From Amoebidium appalachense (taxonomy: Eukaryota > Protista > Ichthyosporea): DNA of 64,000 nt. Positions within the stretch are counted from its first letter, which is position 1; the number at the start of each line of letters is the position of its first letter. This document shows, in pieces, positions 61,340 to 64,000 of the stretch. A model generated the notes under the pieces. It searched no databases and had not been told where the DNA came from. It saw nothing but the letters and a program-made list of their open reading frames with translations. A program made the position numbers and the translations under genes. Location of the stretch: NCBI GenBank assembly GCA_963693365.1, contig CAVNZM010000002.1, forward strand, positions 13,611,615 through 13,675,614. The letters run 5' to 3'.

Positions 61340-62485
61340 TGTTCTTTCTTTTGCAGAAGCGGGGTGCCTGAGAGGGTGCACTGAGTAAGAGACCGCCGGA
61401 GAGAGTATGATATGCAAACCGAGAAAACAGAAAGGTTCTGTCCGTGTGGGGCCGGGTGTGTGCTGGTGTGTACGCTGGTGCGTGCCGTATTGAGGAATAG
61501 ATCTTGTGCTGGGACCGTGAGATGTTTTTCTTACACGTGGATTGTACTTTGATGACCAATGAAATTGTGACATTGTGGTGCTAATTTAACCAATCAAATT
61601 TGTGATGCGCACCGGACCAATAATCTGTCGCCTATCGTTCGTGTCAGTTTTCGTGTCCAGCTCAGTGTCACGTGCACCGGCGCATGCCATGGTAAATGCC
61701 CCCCCGCTTATAGGTAGTAAAGTAGCGTGATTTTATGCAGTGCATGCTTGCTAACTGTTATTCCTCAAGAAGAATTTGAACTGGCCTCTATGAGTATTGT
61801 ACACGAGTATCTCCGTGTTGATCTCATGGCCTCTTTTTCCACCCCATGCATATGCATATCTATACAGCCGGGGAAGTTGGCACAACTGCCATGATCACCC
61901 ACCACCATTTTGACACGCTCACCCGCGTGAGCCCTGTTTACTTTTTGACATAACGACACACGCGTATGTCACCCCAATGAGCCCACCACCAACACAGTGA
62001 ACACGTACCGAAAGCCAAACCGGAAACCTGGGCCGTTTCATACGCCCCCACCACTTCTTTGTTTTCAGCTCGACCCAATAGGAGAAGTCACATTCGCTAG
62101 GTGTGAGCTGTGAAAGCAACCCAACCAACCGGAAAACGTGGCGACTTTTTGGGTATGTTTCAGGGATGGGCCATGCACGTGGTACTCGGGTGGACAGGGA
62201 GAGAGAACAAAAGCTGCGTTCTCGGTGAACATCCAGTCACTGTTCAGGCTCAAACACAGTTCCTTGTTCAAACACGGTTTCGGCACCTGCTGGTAGTAAA
62301 ATTTTAGCTCCCGCCCACACCACTCCGGTGGTATTGGTGACGGCTCTCTTCTCTCATTGCGTTTATGAAGCCTGTATACCTCCCTGTGGCTAAACGTACT
62401 TGACACAGATAGCGAAAGCGATTGTGAAAAAGCAAAGACAAAGCACGCTTGCACGGACCACCGCAAGGTGAATATTTAATTCAAA
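61340..62485. promoter_or_regulatory. Putative shared promoter region between divergent AKR-like and WSC genes
   Basis: The start codons are head-to-head, 1.15 kb apart. The region is free of long homopolymers and microsatellites. It has three CCAAT motifs at ~61556-61622 and TCACGTG at ~61668. Confidence 0.45.
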
Positions 62486-63062
62486 ATGAGGCTGCACAAC
62501 ACACAGCTTCCTTCCTATAACACATTCAACTTACGCCATGCACTTCTATGCCTCTGCCTTCTAGCATCGGCAACCTATGCCGTTCCTGTAGCACAGAGCC
62601 GTGTGGTTCCAGGGGAAGAGGATGGGTTGGGCGGGCCGGGTGGGGGAATGGGGAGCGCGCAAGGAGATGCATCTCCTCCACCGGGGGGTGATCGGTTTTT
62701 GGGCTGCCGAACGGGTAATTTTGCCGCGGGGCAGCAGAACAATGACTATATGTTCAGCTCCAGCCCAACGTAAGATCTCCACCATTCACACACAACCACT
62801 ACTCTTTGCGTGCGTGCAAAAGGTTTCTTTCAGTCCCAAATTTGGATCATACACTTCCTCCCCCTTGCCTTTGGGTCAGAGGAGACATACGCGATATACC
62901 ACGATGTTACAAAAACTCTTACTTCTCCCCCCCCCCCCCCCCCCTTCCCCCCTCTTCCCCCGAGGCTCCCCCAATCCTATTCTATTACAACACCGCCTCA
63001 TGGGGCGATTTTTGGACTCAAGGCTCTCAACATCTCCTTCCCCCCCACTCCCCTCCTCCCCC

Positions 63063-63102
<40 letters not shown>

Positions 63103-63382
63103 CCCCGCCCCCTCCACACACCGCCGCCGCTTCCCACCAACACCACCACTGTCATCACCAAACCACTCATAATCCACACACTCTCTCCCCACACAGCAAC
63201 ACCAATGCCGAGTGCGCACAGAAGTGTCGTCTGTCCAACTTTGTGGTGTCTGCCACCCATGCCACCGAGTGCCACTGCACAAACTCGCTGCCTGAAAACC
63301 AGCCCCAGGTCGGCAGGGATCAGGTGGGAGCATATGCATCTCTGATAGGTCTTTCTTGCGCGCACGCGCGTGTGTGTGTATG

Positions 63383-63426
<44 letters not shown>

Positions 63427-63462
63427 TGTGTGTTTGCGTGCGTGTGTGCGTGCGTGCGTGCG

Positions 63463-63527
<65 letters not shown>

Positions 63528-63956
63528 ACGTGTACTTCTTTTTTTGGGCCGGGGGAGGGAGGAGGGGGGGGTATTCAGCATGCAAAGTCACCAACCGTTG
63601 AAAAGTAAAAGTAACCAAGATACTAGCCGTATGTGTCTACCACGCACACTAGTTTACTAACATTTATGTCTTACAACCTCGGTCTCTCCTTTTTTATTTT
63701 TTTTTTGTCTTTTCCTTTTCTTTTTTTTTCCAGCAATCCGGTGTCCCTGGCTCCATGCGCACACCACCAAACAACCAACGCACCACTTTGGAGCAACCTC
63801 TCGCAACGCCAGGCAACATTCTCTCCGAGTCCTACTGTAATGTGTCGTGCCCCGGCACATATGTGGGAATGATGGATGGCACATGTACTGGGGCCGAGTG
63901 TTGCGGGGGGCTGGGAACAAATGCCGTACCGGCTTACAGCGTCACACTTATAGGAT
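62486..63956 (+). CDS. Secreted/cell-surface WSC-domain protein, continues beyond window
   Basis: Exons 62486-62769, 63197-63308 (or -63323) and 63734-63956, then a GTAAGT donor. Signal-peptide-like [18 protein letters not shown] cysteine pattern FLGC...ECAQKC...TECHCTN...CNVSCPG...CCGG...YSV. Confidence 0.78.
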
Positions 63957-64000
63957 GTAAGTCATGTGTATGGGAAGGAGGGGTATACGGGGCTTGTTAA

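Overview
This is eukaryotic, intron-rich genomic DNA, saturated with poly(C)/poly(G) tracts and (CA)n/(TG)n microsatellites. The gene content is compatible with a unicellular opisthokont or holozoan, but that is inference only. Almost all ORFs in the supplied track are low-complexity artefacts, so I reconstructed five genes by hand from GT/GC-AG boundaries with consistent phases. (1) The 3' part of a type I membrane protein with beta/gamma-crystallin-like, F-type-lectin-like and hevein-like modules (+, to 6983). (2) A PX-BAR sorting nexin (+, 12441-25190). (3) A ceramide kinase with a split PH domain and a coiled-coil tail (-, ~47677-26686), with two tRNA-Thr genes in one intron. (4) An aldo-keto reductase-fold protein whose catalytic Tyr and His are substituted (-, 61339-49397). 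(5) The start of a secreted WSC-domain protein (+, from 62486). Three non-coding features stand out. The first is a 70-230 bp repeat family: every copy I could recognise is intronic and sense to its host gene, most end in a C-tract, and the two longest copies show compensatory base-pair changes. The second is a Mutator-like MITE whose 9-bp TSD duplicates a 5' splice site, so the element could splice out perfectly (introner or recursive-splice geometry). The third is a CRISPR-looking array of 16 conserved cores separated by (CA)n spacers. Homopolymer lengths may contain assembly errors.
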